Part shown: positions 53,438 to 64,000 of the stretch, one piece after another | Position numbering within the stretch: the first letter of the stretch is position 1 | Layout: the number at the start of each line of letters is the position of its first letter | Assembly: GCA_951406725.2 (NCBI GenBank) | Contig: OX597819.1 | Location: forward strand, 6,200,001-6,264,000 | DNA from: Octopus vulgaris | Lineage: Eukaryota | Direction of reading: 5' to 3' | DNA length: 64,000 nt | Notes under the pieces: model-generated | Database searches by the model: none | What the model was told of the DNA's origin: nothing | The model's input: only the letters and a program-made list of their open reading frames with translations | Position numbers and translations under genes: made by a program

Positions 53438-54374
53438 TTATTTTACTATATAGTTTGGTGGTCCATACGCTTTTTCCATCGGTGTTGCAGTCTTGGATCC
53501 CATTGGCGAAGAAGCTTCCATCCTGCTGCTCGAAAAAGTTATCAGCAGTACATATGACATCATCATCACTGCCATACTGATTACCAGCTAAGTGCTTTTT
53601 AATATTGAGAAACAGATGATAGACGGATGGGTCTAAATCAGGAGAAAGGGGGGGGTAATCAACCAGTCTAAAGCCACAGCAGCCACTGGAAGCAAGGAGT
53701 TGCGTGCTGGAGCAGAGCATTGTTCTACTGAAAGAAGATAACTTGTCAGTTTTCCTGAGTGTTTAGTCGTGATATCCTTTCGTAAGTGCCCCAGAAAATT
53801 GGCATACTATACTCCAAAATGCTGAGACCATCATTTTCCCTGCCGTTGAAACCATCTTGGCCTTATTTGGAGAAGCGATTAGGGGTGTTTCGACAGAATA
53901 GATTATCTCTGTGTCTCTAGCTGAAAAAATGAAGAAACAAACACTCGTCCTGGTTTAGGAATCGTTCAAGGAAGCCATCAGGACTTGCCTCAGACAATAA
54001 CGGATTTTTCCCGTGATATGATGACCCTGATGTGCTTTTTATCAGGTGTGAGAAGACATGGCCCCACCGAGCGGAAACGTTCGTCATGCCAAGTTCATTG
54101 TGCAGAATATTCTCAACTTACTCGTAGGGTATGCTAATAGCACTGGCTATTTTACTTATAGTCAGTCGCCTGGTGGCAGTTGCAGGATATCCAAATCTTG
54201 GGTCACACTCCAGTCTCTCCCTTCCACACCCAAATTTAGTTGCCCACTTTTGCACTGCCGATAAAGGTGGGGCATCACCGACTAATGCAGCAACTATGTC
54301 TGCATGAATGTCCTTAGGAAGCAGACCCTTTTATAAAGGTACTTGATAACATCACGATGCCAAATTTTGTTCAT
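53438..54374 (-). pseudogene. Mariner transposase pseudogene
   Basis: MNKIWHRDVIKYL..PKDIHADI..LSAVQKWATKF..; PPLSPDLDPSVYHLFLNIKKHLAG..GIQ..LQHRWKK..YIVK* (compare YSPDLAPSDYHLF, YVEK*). Frameshifted. Confidence 0.9.
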
Positions 54375-54530
54375 TTTCAAGAGAAGTCGCTACTAGTTAC
54401 TTTTAAAGTTTTCTTTGAAAAGTCAGATGTCATTTCACCTAGAAAGAAAAAAAAAATGAGTGGACATGGGGTGATGAAGTTAATGCATGTAGATTTCACA
54501 GCTCTAGTATTACTCCTTCATAGTCACATA

Positions 54531-54557
54531 GTCAGCCTATGAGCTTTTCAGACCCCT

Positions 54558-54562
<5 letters not shown>
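54531..54562 (-). mobile_element. Mariner 5' TIR remnant
   Basis: Minus strand taagaaggggtctgaaaagctcataggctgac lies upstream of the transposase start. No matching 3' TIR was seen. Confidence 0.55.
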
Positions 54563-54643
<81 letters not shown>

Positions 54644-54654
54644 TCTTTCTCTTT

Positions 54655-55020
54655 TTCTCTTTTTACTCTTTTTACTTGTTTCAGTCATTTGACTGCGGCC
54701 ATGCTGGAGCACCGCCTTTAGTCCAGCAAATCGACCACAGGACTTATTCTTTGGAAGCCTAGTACTTATTCTATCGATCTCTTTTGCCGAACCGCTAAAT
54801 TACGGGGACGTAAACACACTAGAATCGGTTGTCAAGCGATGTTGGGGGACAAACACAGACACACAAACGCACACACACACACACATATATATATACATAT
54901 ATACGACGGGCTTCTTTCAGTTTCCGTCTACCAAATCCACTCACAAGGCTTTGGTCGGCCCGAGGCTATAGTAGAAGACAGATGCCCAAGGTGCCACGCA
55001 GTGGGACTGAACCCGGTACC
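54655..55020 (-). mobile_element. SINE family A, head-truncated
   Basis: Match from the tail to gggactgaacccgg. Confidence 0.88.
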
Positions 55021-58000
55021 ATATATATATATAAGTATATGTCCCTACCAGAATCGGAATCGTAAAGAATGTTGAGGAAGTTGTTTAATACTAATATTAA
55101 GCAAATGTTGTCATGTGAGTTATTAGTGAACTATTTAGAGTTCCCTGAACTGGAACCTAGGTTAGTATTGAATACGAAAATAATTCTAATGTTAAAAGGG
55201 AGCCAATTTCGTGGCAGGTGATAATTCGATTACATCGACTTCAGTTGTCAAATGGTACTTATTTTATCGATTCTGAAAGAATGACAGGCAAAAATGACCG
55301 CAGCGAAATTTGAACTCAGAACGCAAAAACGGACGAAATGCCGCTACGTATTTCACACAGCGTCGATATCTATAGGATTAACAACATATATTCAGCTACA
55401 CATGACGGCGATTATTTCAGAACGCACACATGTATACATATATACACATATAAAAATATATGCATACAGACATATTTATAACAGGCACATAGTAAGTAGA
55501 AGAATTTATGTGTGTGTGTGTGTACGTGATATCCTCTCGCTGTGACACTTTTATATGTTGACATTAATGGTAGAAATGAAAATCAAAATCATAACGTTTT
55601 AGTTGCTTGTTCGTCTTGCTCACTTTGTATTATGTTTCAATCTAAACATTTCTTCAAAGTAGATATAACGAGTTTTATTATACAAAACTATTTCAAATCT
55701 ATTGTGTTCGTATATAACATCAGATACGATTTGGAAATGAATTTATCGCAATTTTAACCGCATGTAAAACTTTGACCATTTGTCTTACATCGTAAACCAA
55801 TAAGGGCATCAATAACGTGTCACGTAAGTTTATATAATATTGCCCATGTTTGGAATGGATTCATGCTTCTAAATTAATGGAAAGTTACTTCGATACTTTT
55901 CGCTTGCTAGATACAAAATGCAAAATTTTAAATTTGAATTGTTTATCCATTTAGAATGCTAATTTTAATATAAGATATATTCAGTTGAGATACAAAGGAT
56001 CTTTGAAAATATTCATTGAAACTTATCTATTTTTTGTCTATTTTGATTTTAAAAATTTAGATGTTAAATTACGTGTTTTTTGAAAAAGTAAATTGTTGGA
56101 ATCTCCGTTATCTTTCTTGGCTGAGGTTTGATAAATATTCTGTTAACATTATTAAGTTAAAGCGCATATTTTAAAAATGCTGTATTTCATACACTGCAAA
56201 TACAGTATATAAATGGTAGAAAACATTTATTTAGATTACCTCTCCATAAACAACGTTCCGTATTCATCATTATGGCGTAACGTCTTGACTGTGCGGGTGA
56301 AATTACTTTGAGCTGCAAATATTCTCAAGTTTGTTGGATGACCCACTCTATTGAGGGCAACTCATACTTTTTCACAGTAGCCGGAAGATAGAAAGCGAAT
56401 CTCTTTTAAATTCTGTCCTTGATTTAATTATCGACATAACAGAAACGCCTTATAGAAAATCGCAATCCTTTTAGAATGAAGGATAAATCGGTGTTTGACC
56501 GTTGATATTTGAAGAGAAATCCTGTTGATCATGCACTCTTTACATACGTTCCCTAAATGAATATTTATTATCGTTTACTTTTACTTTACGTTTTTGCAAG
56601 CGAAAAATTGGTGGAGTTCTTAGAGTGGCAAACGAAGTCTCATGCATCGTTTTCCAGACTTGCTGTGCTGTGAGTTTAAACCCTGCCGACGACAATATGT
56701 GCCTTTCATCACATCATAATCGACAAAAAAATATATATATATACCAGTACTGTAATCGGTGAAGGGAATGAGCGCGGGGGCCATATACTTTAAGATATCT
56801 GTTCCATTTCTTTGCCTTCAGAGTTCAAATCCCACTACTGCATACTTGATTTTCTCGGTCTAACAGAAATCTTTGACATCCAAGTTGCCAAATGTTGATA
56901 TTATGGGCATTACCTTCCTTTCTATCGACAAGATAAGAGAAACAAATTATTTGAAAATCATCTGCATCTGAGCGTGAAGCGGGTGGAGAGACGAACACAG
57001 GTCTAATTTTACTATAGATTATGTAGAAAGTGCGCATGCGCACGCACACATAAGTGTCTCCTTTTCCACATTTATTACCAAAACACAACAAAATAATTTA
57101 AATAAAGTAATGAAATAATTCATGTCATGACAAGTTCATTCGGATTTGGTTGTATGCTTTGGAATGTAATTACTCATATAATTAGGAATGTGTAATTAGA
57201 AACATATAATTAGGAATGTAGGATAAAGAATACTTTAGAGCAAATAGCAAAATCTAGTTCTGAATCCTCTCATCATACCTCTTTCTACAATACACACTAT
57301 TGGAAGCTTTCAATTAGAAATTGTTATAGTTTTTATGTAACTATTCCGAAATCGGAATTAAATTCAATTGGAGGTTGGATTTTAAGTACACAAGTAGAAT
57401 GAGTAAAATAGACTAAGTTTCTGACAAGTTGTGTCAGGGACTTGAGCTCGAGTTCTGAGTAAATCATTTCCTTTCACATATTTTTTTCTATTCTGATTAC
57501 CAGTTCAAGTTAATATTCGTGAATAAGATGCATGAGTATGTTCTTTTCTTAAATTGTCCTGAAGTGAAAGTTGCACTTATTTATTTCGAAGCCCACCGAG
57601 TCCGATGAGGCTGAGCGGTTAAAGTTCTTCAATGGTTGAAAGATAATGCCTTCATGAAAAAACATAAGCTGGTAGAGGATTCCGAGTAACCGATGTTCGG
57701 CAGAATTATCAAAATATATGGTGCAGGCGTGGTTGAAAATACAGCAAGGATGATCAGAATTGTATAGCTAGGATGGCCCGAGAAGTGTTACGAAATCAGT
57801 CATTATCTGGAAATCATAGGATACAGAAAACGTATGCGCCGTTGGGGCAAATGATATGGGATATTCCAGATAGTTACAAGTTCATTCTACTATAAAGATA
57901 CTTTGCTAAACCACTTAAATTTTATGTCGTTTTACTAAGTGTATTACAATATTGAATTTAGTTTCTTTCCTCTGGACACTGACTTTTTGGTACCGCTATG

Positions 58001-59074
58001 AATGACTGTTTTTATCAATCAGATATCGTAATTTTTCCACCGATTGTACAAATTTAAAAACATTGCAAAGAGAATTGCTTGGAACTACAACATTTGATTG
58101 GCAGGAAATACAGGATTCTGCTTCGAAGAATTCTGATTTGCAGCAATTTTCGGGAAAATGTCAACAAATATTAACCGACAAATCTATGTATTAAAAATTC
58201 ACCTTCAACGTTTTTTTATGTAACTCGTATCAAATAAGGAGAAAAATGTATCCTTAATATATCGTAATAGGTGACTTGCAAACGAACGAGAATAATGGAT
58301 TTTATATTAAATGATGCTAAACTATTCTAAAACATCGATATTTTCAATTTTGTATGCAAAACCAATCGTCATAATAATGGTAGATGATTTAAAAAACGTT
58401 TTAGAGTCGAGAAATCATTGATGACAATGTTCCATCGATTTTCAATGGAAGTCAACATTTCTGTATAAAAATAGACAATGCAGATTAGTGAGCTTCATGT
58501 AAAAATATCCACTGTTCAGCAATTTTAACAATGTGATATTTCAATTTATGGAAACGTATCAATGACTGTTTTGCTGAAAGTAGAATGATGAGAGTTATGT
58601 ACTCTTACAACATTCAATAAGCTTCTATTTATATGTTGGGATAACCGATAGCAATCATTGAGAAACTATTTATATTTGACAGTGTTGTAAGCTCAAATCC
58701 CGCTTGGCCAAATTTGCCATTTCTCGTTTCGGGGTCCATAAAATAAAGTACCAAACCAGACTGGGGTAGTGTTTCAAGCATGAGAGGAGATACCTTTCGG
58801 TATTTGTTGCAAACTTATTGACTTCTGAGCTTTTGTGTAATACATTTAATATGTTACTCAATTAAGAACTGCGCATAATCTGGCGCCACGGTTAACTTTA
58901 CCAGAAATGATTCTGTTTCAGGCTTTCTGGTTGTGGCTCAAGTTTGAAGAAAACTTTCTCCCAGAAATTTCGGGCCCTGAAATAATAATGTAAAGGGCCA
59001 AGCGTTTTTCTATGTAAACAAATGACGCTTCACAGCCATTTAAATTGAGATGTGATTTCACTTGTAGATTTAAT

Positions 59075-59281
59075 TTATTGATTTGATATATGATGCTTAA
59101 ACCTTTCAACAATACCATCATTTGTCCTCGGTGACGGTAAAATAAGTGTCATTCCCATTCCTTTACTTGCACCATATACGCTACAAACTCGATCTTCTGT
59201 TCCTATTTTATATCTGTAGTGGGAACTTTTATCCTTCATTTCTGTTCTAAGATGTTTTTGTTTTTTTTGCAAAATTCCCAT
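59075..59281 (-). pseudogene. Possible decayed retroviral-type integrase remnant
   Basis: PSPRTNDGIVERFKHHI resembles PxxNGxVERFNxTL. Single motif only. Confidence 0.25.
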
Positions 59282-59736
59282 ATTACTCGCTTGACGCGGT
59301 TATACAGAACAAACATTCATCTTCTTTTACCTGTCTTGCTTCCAAATTTACACTTTTATCACAATCAAATTACCCATGTTCTCGAGATCAACATCTTTAT
59401 CTCCATGCAGACACCAAAGAAAAAAATTGCGAATTACAAACCAATAAAGGAGATTATATGTTTGACGACCTAAAAATTACCAAGCAAATATTACTCAAAT
59501 TTCGCTCAATCAGCTTCAGAAACGAAAGAATATATGAAGAACTTCCGAGATGTACTATGTCTGAAAATAAACTTGGCTGGAACATTGGTCCATTCAATTA
59601 GAACCAGTCTAAGATTAAAGGAAAGAGCATGTCTCTTATTTCTTGTGTTTGATCTTTCCTGTCTGATTACTCCATCACACTTCATTGATGATACGCTATC
59701 TCCCTCTCTTTCTCTCTCTTTCCCCCACTCTATTTC

Positions 59737-59772
<36 letters not shown>

Positions 59773-59976
59773 ACTCTGATTCAGAACTTATCAACTGAAA
59801 ACAGATGCTGATCCCTGATAAACTAGAAGTTCAATAACACGTATGACAAAAGGTTGAAGCTGAAATGTATACAAACATTCTGGAAAGTATACAAAATATA
59901 ACATCCTTTCTACCTGGAATCCTTTCACTTAATCTGAAACTATAAGCACCAGCTCATTGATGCATTTATCTTTATG

Positions 59977-60180
59977 AGGAGGTGGGTGCTGAAAGTTCCT
60001 GGATTTAGGTAAAAAAAAAATACCGGAGGATCAGTGTATTATGATTTTATTCAACATTCCCCTCTCACGTTCACACTTATTGTAGGTGTCCTTCACTTTT
60101 TCTAAGCTCTGTAAAGGAACTCGGAAGGCTGGACCTCCAGCCAGGCTTTTCGTGATGCCCTTATGCTCAGACTTCTCTTT
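59977..60180. mobile_element. Mariner-derived MITE, decayed
   Basis: gggtgctgaaagttcctgg is a TIR-like start. ttattcaacat..cccct is the reverse complement of a mariner G..VE* C-terminus. Confidence 0.5.
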
Positions 60181-60665
60181 TCATTGTCAAAATAACCGTA
60201 CCTCTCCTTTTGAAATAAGCCTAAATCAACCAACCGCATTGACTTACCACAAAACTGACCACTTTAAAAGTTTAATATCTGGTCTACATATATCTCAGTT
60301 ACCATCTCTGGAAACAAATTTTCAACTTTGTGGCTTGCTATCCAACGGATCTTGAGAACTTGGCAATCTATGAACTCAAGATAGCAATTTGTCTATATAA
60401 GATTAAGAAGTTCCCTTGGCAACCATGAGAAACTGGTTTCGATCTTATTGTATGGCATCTTGGGCAAGTGTTTTGTGTCAAAACAAATCTAGTGCGTGAT
60501 ATTAGGTAGACAGAAATTGTGTAAAACCCCGTAAGATGGACTGTGATTGTAATTCAAAGGACAAGCATTTAACCACTGAAAGTTATCTAAACGTATGACT
60601 TCAAAAAAATCATGATGATTTCGAGCGGGTGTAGCCTTAAGAGGCTACTAGTGTAGCATTAAGAG

Positions 60666-60666
60666 G

Positions 60667-60724
<58 letters not shown>

Positions 60725-60731
60725 CACTACT

Positions 60732-60809
<78 letters not shown>

Positions 60810-60864
60810 AAGAAGAAGAAGAAGAAGAAGAAGAAGAAGAAGAAGAAGAAGAAGAAGAAGAAGA
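60666..60864. repeat. Compound (TAC)n(TAA)n(GAA)n microsatellite
   Basis: Directly visible. Confidence 0.95.
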
Positions 60865-60899
60865 CAGGAAATAATCTGTAGGTCACCTGGCTTAATCTC

Positions 60900-62450
60900 C
60901 TTTAGAAGTTACTGGGATTTTTTTCCGAGAAAACATTTAATTTGCGCAGGTTGTGGATCGCTTCCAAGAAGCCTTACAGCATGGCACCCCATGAGTCACT
61001 TAGAGTTATTGACAGCTGAAAATGTCTTCAAAATTCCTGGTCCCACTGTGATATACAAACGATTTTGATGGTGAACTTAATATAACTGATGAGCGGAGAC
61101 TTTAAAAGCCATAGTGACTCTGTCTCCCCCACGTTATTTGTTATCACCGAAACTTAGATATGCCAACATGATCATATGTGCGAACGAAGCTTGGTATGTC
61201 AAATTTTGTATCTGTAGCTATAAAGAGGGTATAGAAAGCCCATTGTAATGGAATGTTCGTATCCGAATTACAGATTTTAGATTGATAAGACATGTATGTA
61301 TCTAGACATAATGTAACTCGGTGATGTTTTGCATAAAGGATTGAAAGAGAAAGTAAAAAGGGAAGAATGCAACAATTCAAGTAGGACTTGATAGCGTGGA
61401 ACACAGGGAGTACAACGCACACGAAAGCAGGTAATTTGTGAAAGAGATGAAACGTCAGAAGAAATTTAGTTATATAGACGGTTCTGCTGTGATACCAAGA
61501 ATTTGAAAAGTCAGGGTTCATCGTAAACTCTAAACACTAGAGGGGTGTGGAAATAATTATTGTATTACTGCAGGATGCGAAGTGTTAACTCAGCAAGAAT
61601 AGAAGCGAAGTCATAATAAAGATTGTCCCAAACTAAACTGATCAATCTGTGAAATATTCGGATACAAAACTTCAGACAAGTGATATAGTTATGTACAAGA
61701 AAAGGTTGTAAGTGAACCTGATGAATGAAATAAATTCTCTGGAATGTTGACATTCAAGCAGACAATAAAACTGAAGACCAGATGCAAGGTATCATTATGC
61801 GTGACATAAAAAAAAACGCTGCAATTTCTTCACGCAGAAAAATTGTACACATGGTGGTAGAAAAGATCTCGTAACATTCTGATTTAAAAGTAGATATATC
61901 AAGAATGTAGGGTATAGGCGCAGGAGTGGCTGTGTGGTAAGTAGCTTGTTAACCAACCACATGGTTCCGGGTTCAGTCCCACTGCGTGGCATCTTGGGCA
62001 AGTGTCTTCTGCTATAGCCTCGGACCGACCAATGCCTTGTAAGTGGATTTGGTAGACGGAAACTGAAAGAAGCCTGTCGTATATATGTATATATGTGTAT
62101 GTTTGTGTGTCTGTGTTTGTCCCGCTAGCATTGTTTGGCAACCGATGCTGGTGTATTTATGTCCCCGGTTCGGGAAAAGAGACCGATAGAATAAGTACTG
62201 GACTTACAAAAGAATAAGTCCCGGGGTCGAGTTGCTCCAGCATGGCCGCAGTCAAATTACTGAAACAAGTAAAAGAGTATACCAGCCAGTATAAATAATG
62301 GTTGTAATCGTTATCATCAGATGATTAGAGTCAGTTTAAAAACAATCTGTGGTGCCACCTGTAGTAGTTGGACATCCTATCCTTGAAGAGCACGAGCCCC
62401 GCCTAACTGTGTTTTACTACTCTCTAGACCCAGGCTTAGTATAGTCACAT
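60900..62450 (+). pseudogene. Old, internally deleted R4/Dong-like retrotransposon, interrupted by a SINE
   Basis: WIASKKPYSMAPH (compare WIDYKKAYDMVPH), SDSVSPTLFVI (GDSLSPLLF), LCEIFGYKTSDK*Y, WNVDIQADNKTEDQMQGIIMRD (WDxxIQTDxxIxARRPDI), PVVVG. Confidence 0.6.
61916..62280 (+). mobile_element. SINE family A, near full length
   Basis: ggcgcaggagtggctgtgtggtaagtagc...ctgaaacaagtaaaagagt. Confidence 0.92.
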
Positions 62451-62774
62451 TCACCCTAACCACATTCCGCACTGTCACCCACCTTTTAACACATTCTCTA
62501 GAAAGGGTGCAATTTCAAGCCACATCGGCTTTCCGATAGAAATAGAATTTGATTTCAACTTAAAATCCTTAGCAGCTATTAAAATCCCCTTAAGCAATTT
62601 TTTATTCATATTCTGGAGTTACTACTAAACATATATAGAGAAAGCTTCAAGTGTGGAACTAAACTATGTTTTGCACTACAGTTTGTAAACATAGAAACAG
62701 TGCAATTTTAGAATGTATGGTTTTAGGTCGCCTTCATTGTTATAAATGCAAAAAGTGAAAATATCGTAAGAAGA

Positions 62775-62862
62775 GAACACAAAAGCACACAAAGACACAC
62801 ACACACATACAAAAGCACACAAAGACACACACACACATACAAAAGCACACAAAGACATACGC
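62775..62862. repeat. 30 bp minisatellite, about 3 units
   Basis: acaaaagcacacaaagacacacacacacat is repeated. Confidence 0.8.
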
Positions 62863-63282
62863 AAACAAAATCACATAAAAAAATCTATATGGTTTATAAG
62901 ATAATTTTGATGCTGGAATAGGGGTAGAGTCACGTTTAAAGATGACGAGCGATAAAGTAAAAGAAAAGAGAACAGAGAAGAAAATATGAGCATGTGAGAG
63001 AAAGGAGCAATTATCTAGGGTGAGTGAAGTTGGTTGTGGAGCATAAAGATAATCCCTGTAGAGCCATTACAAATAGAAATGCTGATGATCTGGATTGTGG
63101 ATTTTGTCAATTTAGAGTAAATTGTTTTAGTGTGGAGTGTGCAAGACTTGAAATACGAACATAAAATCCTGTACCTAAAGAATACAAAGTATACATTTTT
63201 TCCTAAAATTCAATCTTTTTATTAATATCCACAATCTTATGAGTGTGTGTAACTGAGAGAGCGTATATAATATATATATACT

Positions 63283-63347
<65 letters not shown>

Positions 63348-63511
63348 TTACTTATATATATATATATATATATATACATATTTACATATATATATAAGAG
63401 AGAGAGAGGGGAGGGAGAGAATGACGGGGTCAATCCATTCGACTACAATTCAAGTCGAATGACTGAAACAAATAAAAGTTAAAGAATAAAAAAAATCACA
63501 TACCCTCATAA

Positions 63512-63559
<48 letters not shown>

Positions 63560-63732
63560 TAATGAAAAGGGTTCAGCAAAGAATTGCTTCACCACACACC
63601 GAAGCTCAGAAATAGCAGCCAAAAATCTTAGCTATTTCTTCTACTTTAAAAAGGGTCTTCCAGAGAAACCAAAATACTTGAAGGTTATTCACACAGGCAG
63701 AGATTAAAGCAACGAAAATCAATCAATATCAT

Positions 63733-63771
<39 letters not shown>

Positions 63772-63811
63772 TACGTGTACGTATTATGTATAAATTTTAT
63801 TGCGTCATTAG

Positions 63812-63975
63812 TTACATAAATTTATCACCAGCATTAAAGAAATATGGGGGAGACTTCGAAGAATCAGTACGTAGGTTGTCCAAGAAGTTAGTAAACGTGG
63901 AGATAGCCTTTCCCTTTCTCTTTCCTCTATCCAAAATTTCATCAACAGATGTCGCTGCAGTTGCCTCTCTACAAT
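63812..63975 (-). CDS. Candidate terminal coding exon of a gene extending beyond the window
   Basis: An AG acceptor (63977-63976) is followed by the open frame (x)CREATAATSVDEILDRGKRKGKAISTFTNFLDNLRTDSSKSPPYFFNAGDKFM*. AATAAA lies 10 nt after the stop. The sequence is non-repetitive and GC-richer than its flanks. Confidence 0.4.
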
Positions 63976-64000
63976 CTATTTGTTATTGGAGGTGAAACAA

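Noticed and set aside
57550-58620. Long non-repetitive stretch that looks like a decayed transposase
   Set aside because: No recognisable motif was recovered by eye
62775-62862. Regular short repeats as a possible CRISPR array (also 16325-16480)
   Set aside because: No unique spacers, no cas genes, eukaryotic context; these are simple minisatellites

Overview
This is AT-rich eukaryotic DNA crowded with microsatellites and almost entirely non-coding. The repeat families, especially the abundant tRNA-headed SINEs with internal TA/TG tracts, look like those of an Octopus or other coleoid cephalopod genome. That assignment comes from recalled repeat consensus sequences, not from a search. Nearly all ORFs in the supplied track are translated microsatellites or SINEs. 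The recognisable content is several modular SINE families, three non-autonomous Helitrons, and decayed R4/Dong-type, RTE, Penelope-like (PLE) and mariner elements, plus MITEs and a ~595 bp tandem duplication. One plausible coding exon lies at the far right on the minus strand. The most notable signal is a set of fold-back inverted repeats (5.2, 14.2-16.2, 42.8, 43.8 and 47.9 kb), each overlapping or adjacent to a hammerhead-ribozyme-like core of the PLE pLTR type. The 47.9 kb fold-back carries a mirrored pair of hammerheads with a compensatory G3:C8 core swap. No CRISPR, rRNA, genuine tRNA or prokaryotic operon was seen. All alignments and folds were done by eye, so boundaries of decayed elements are approximate.
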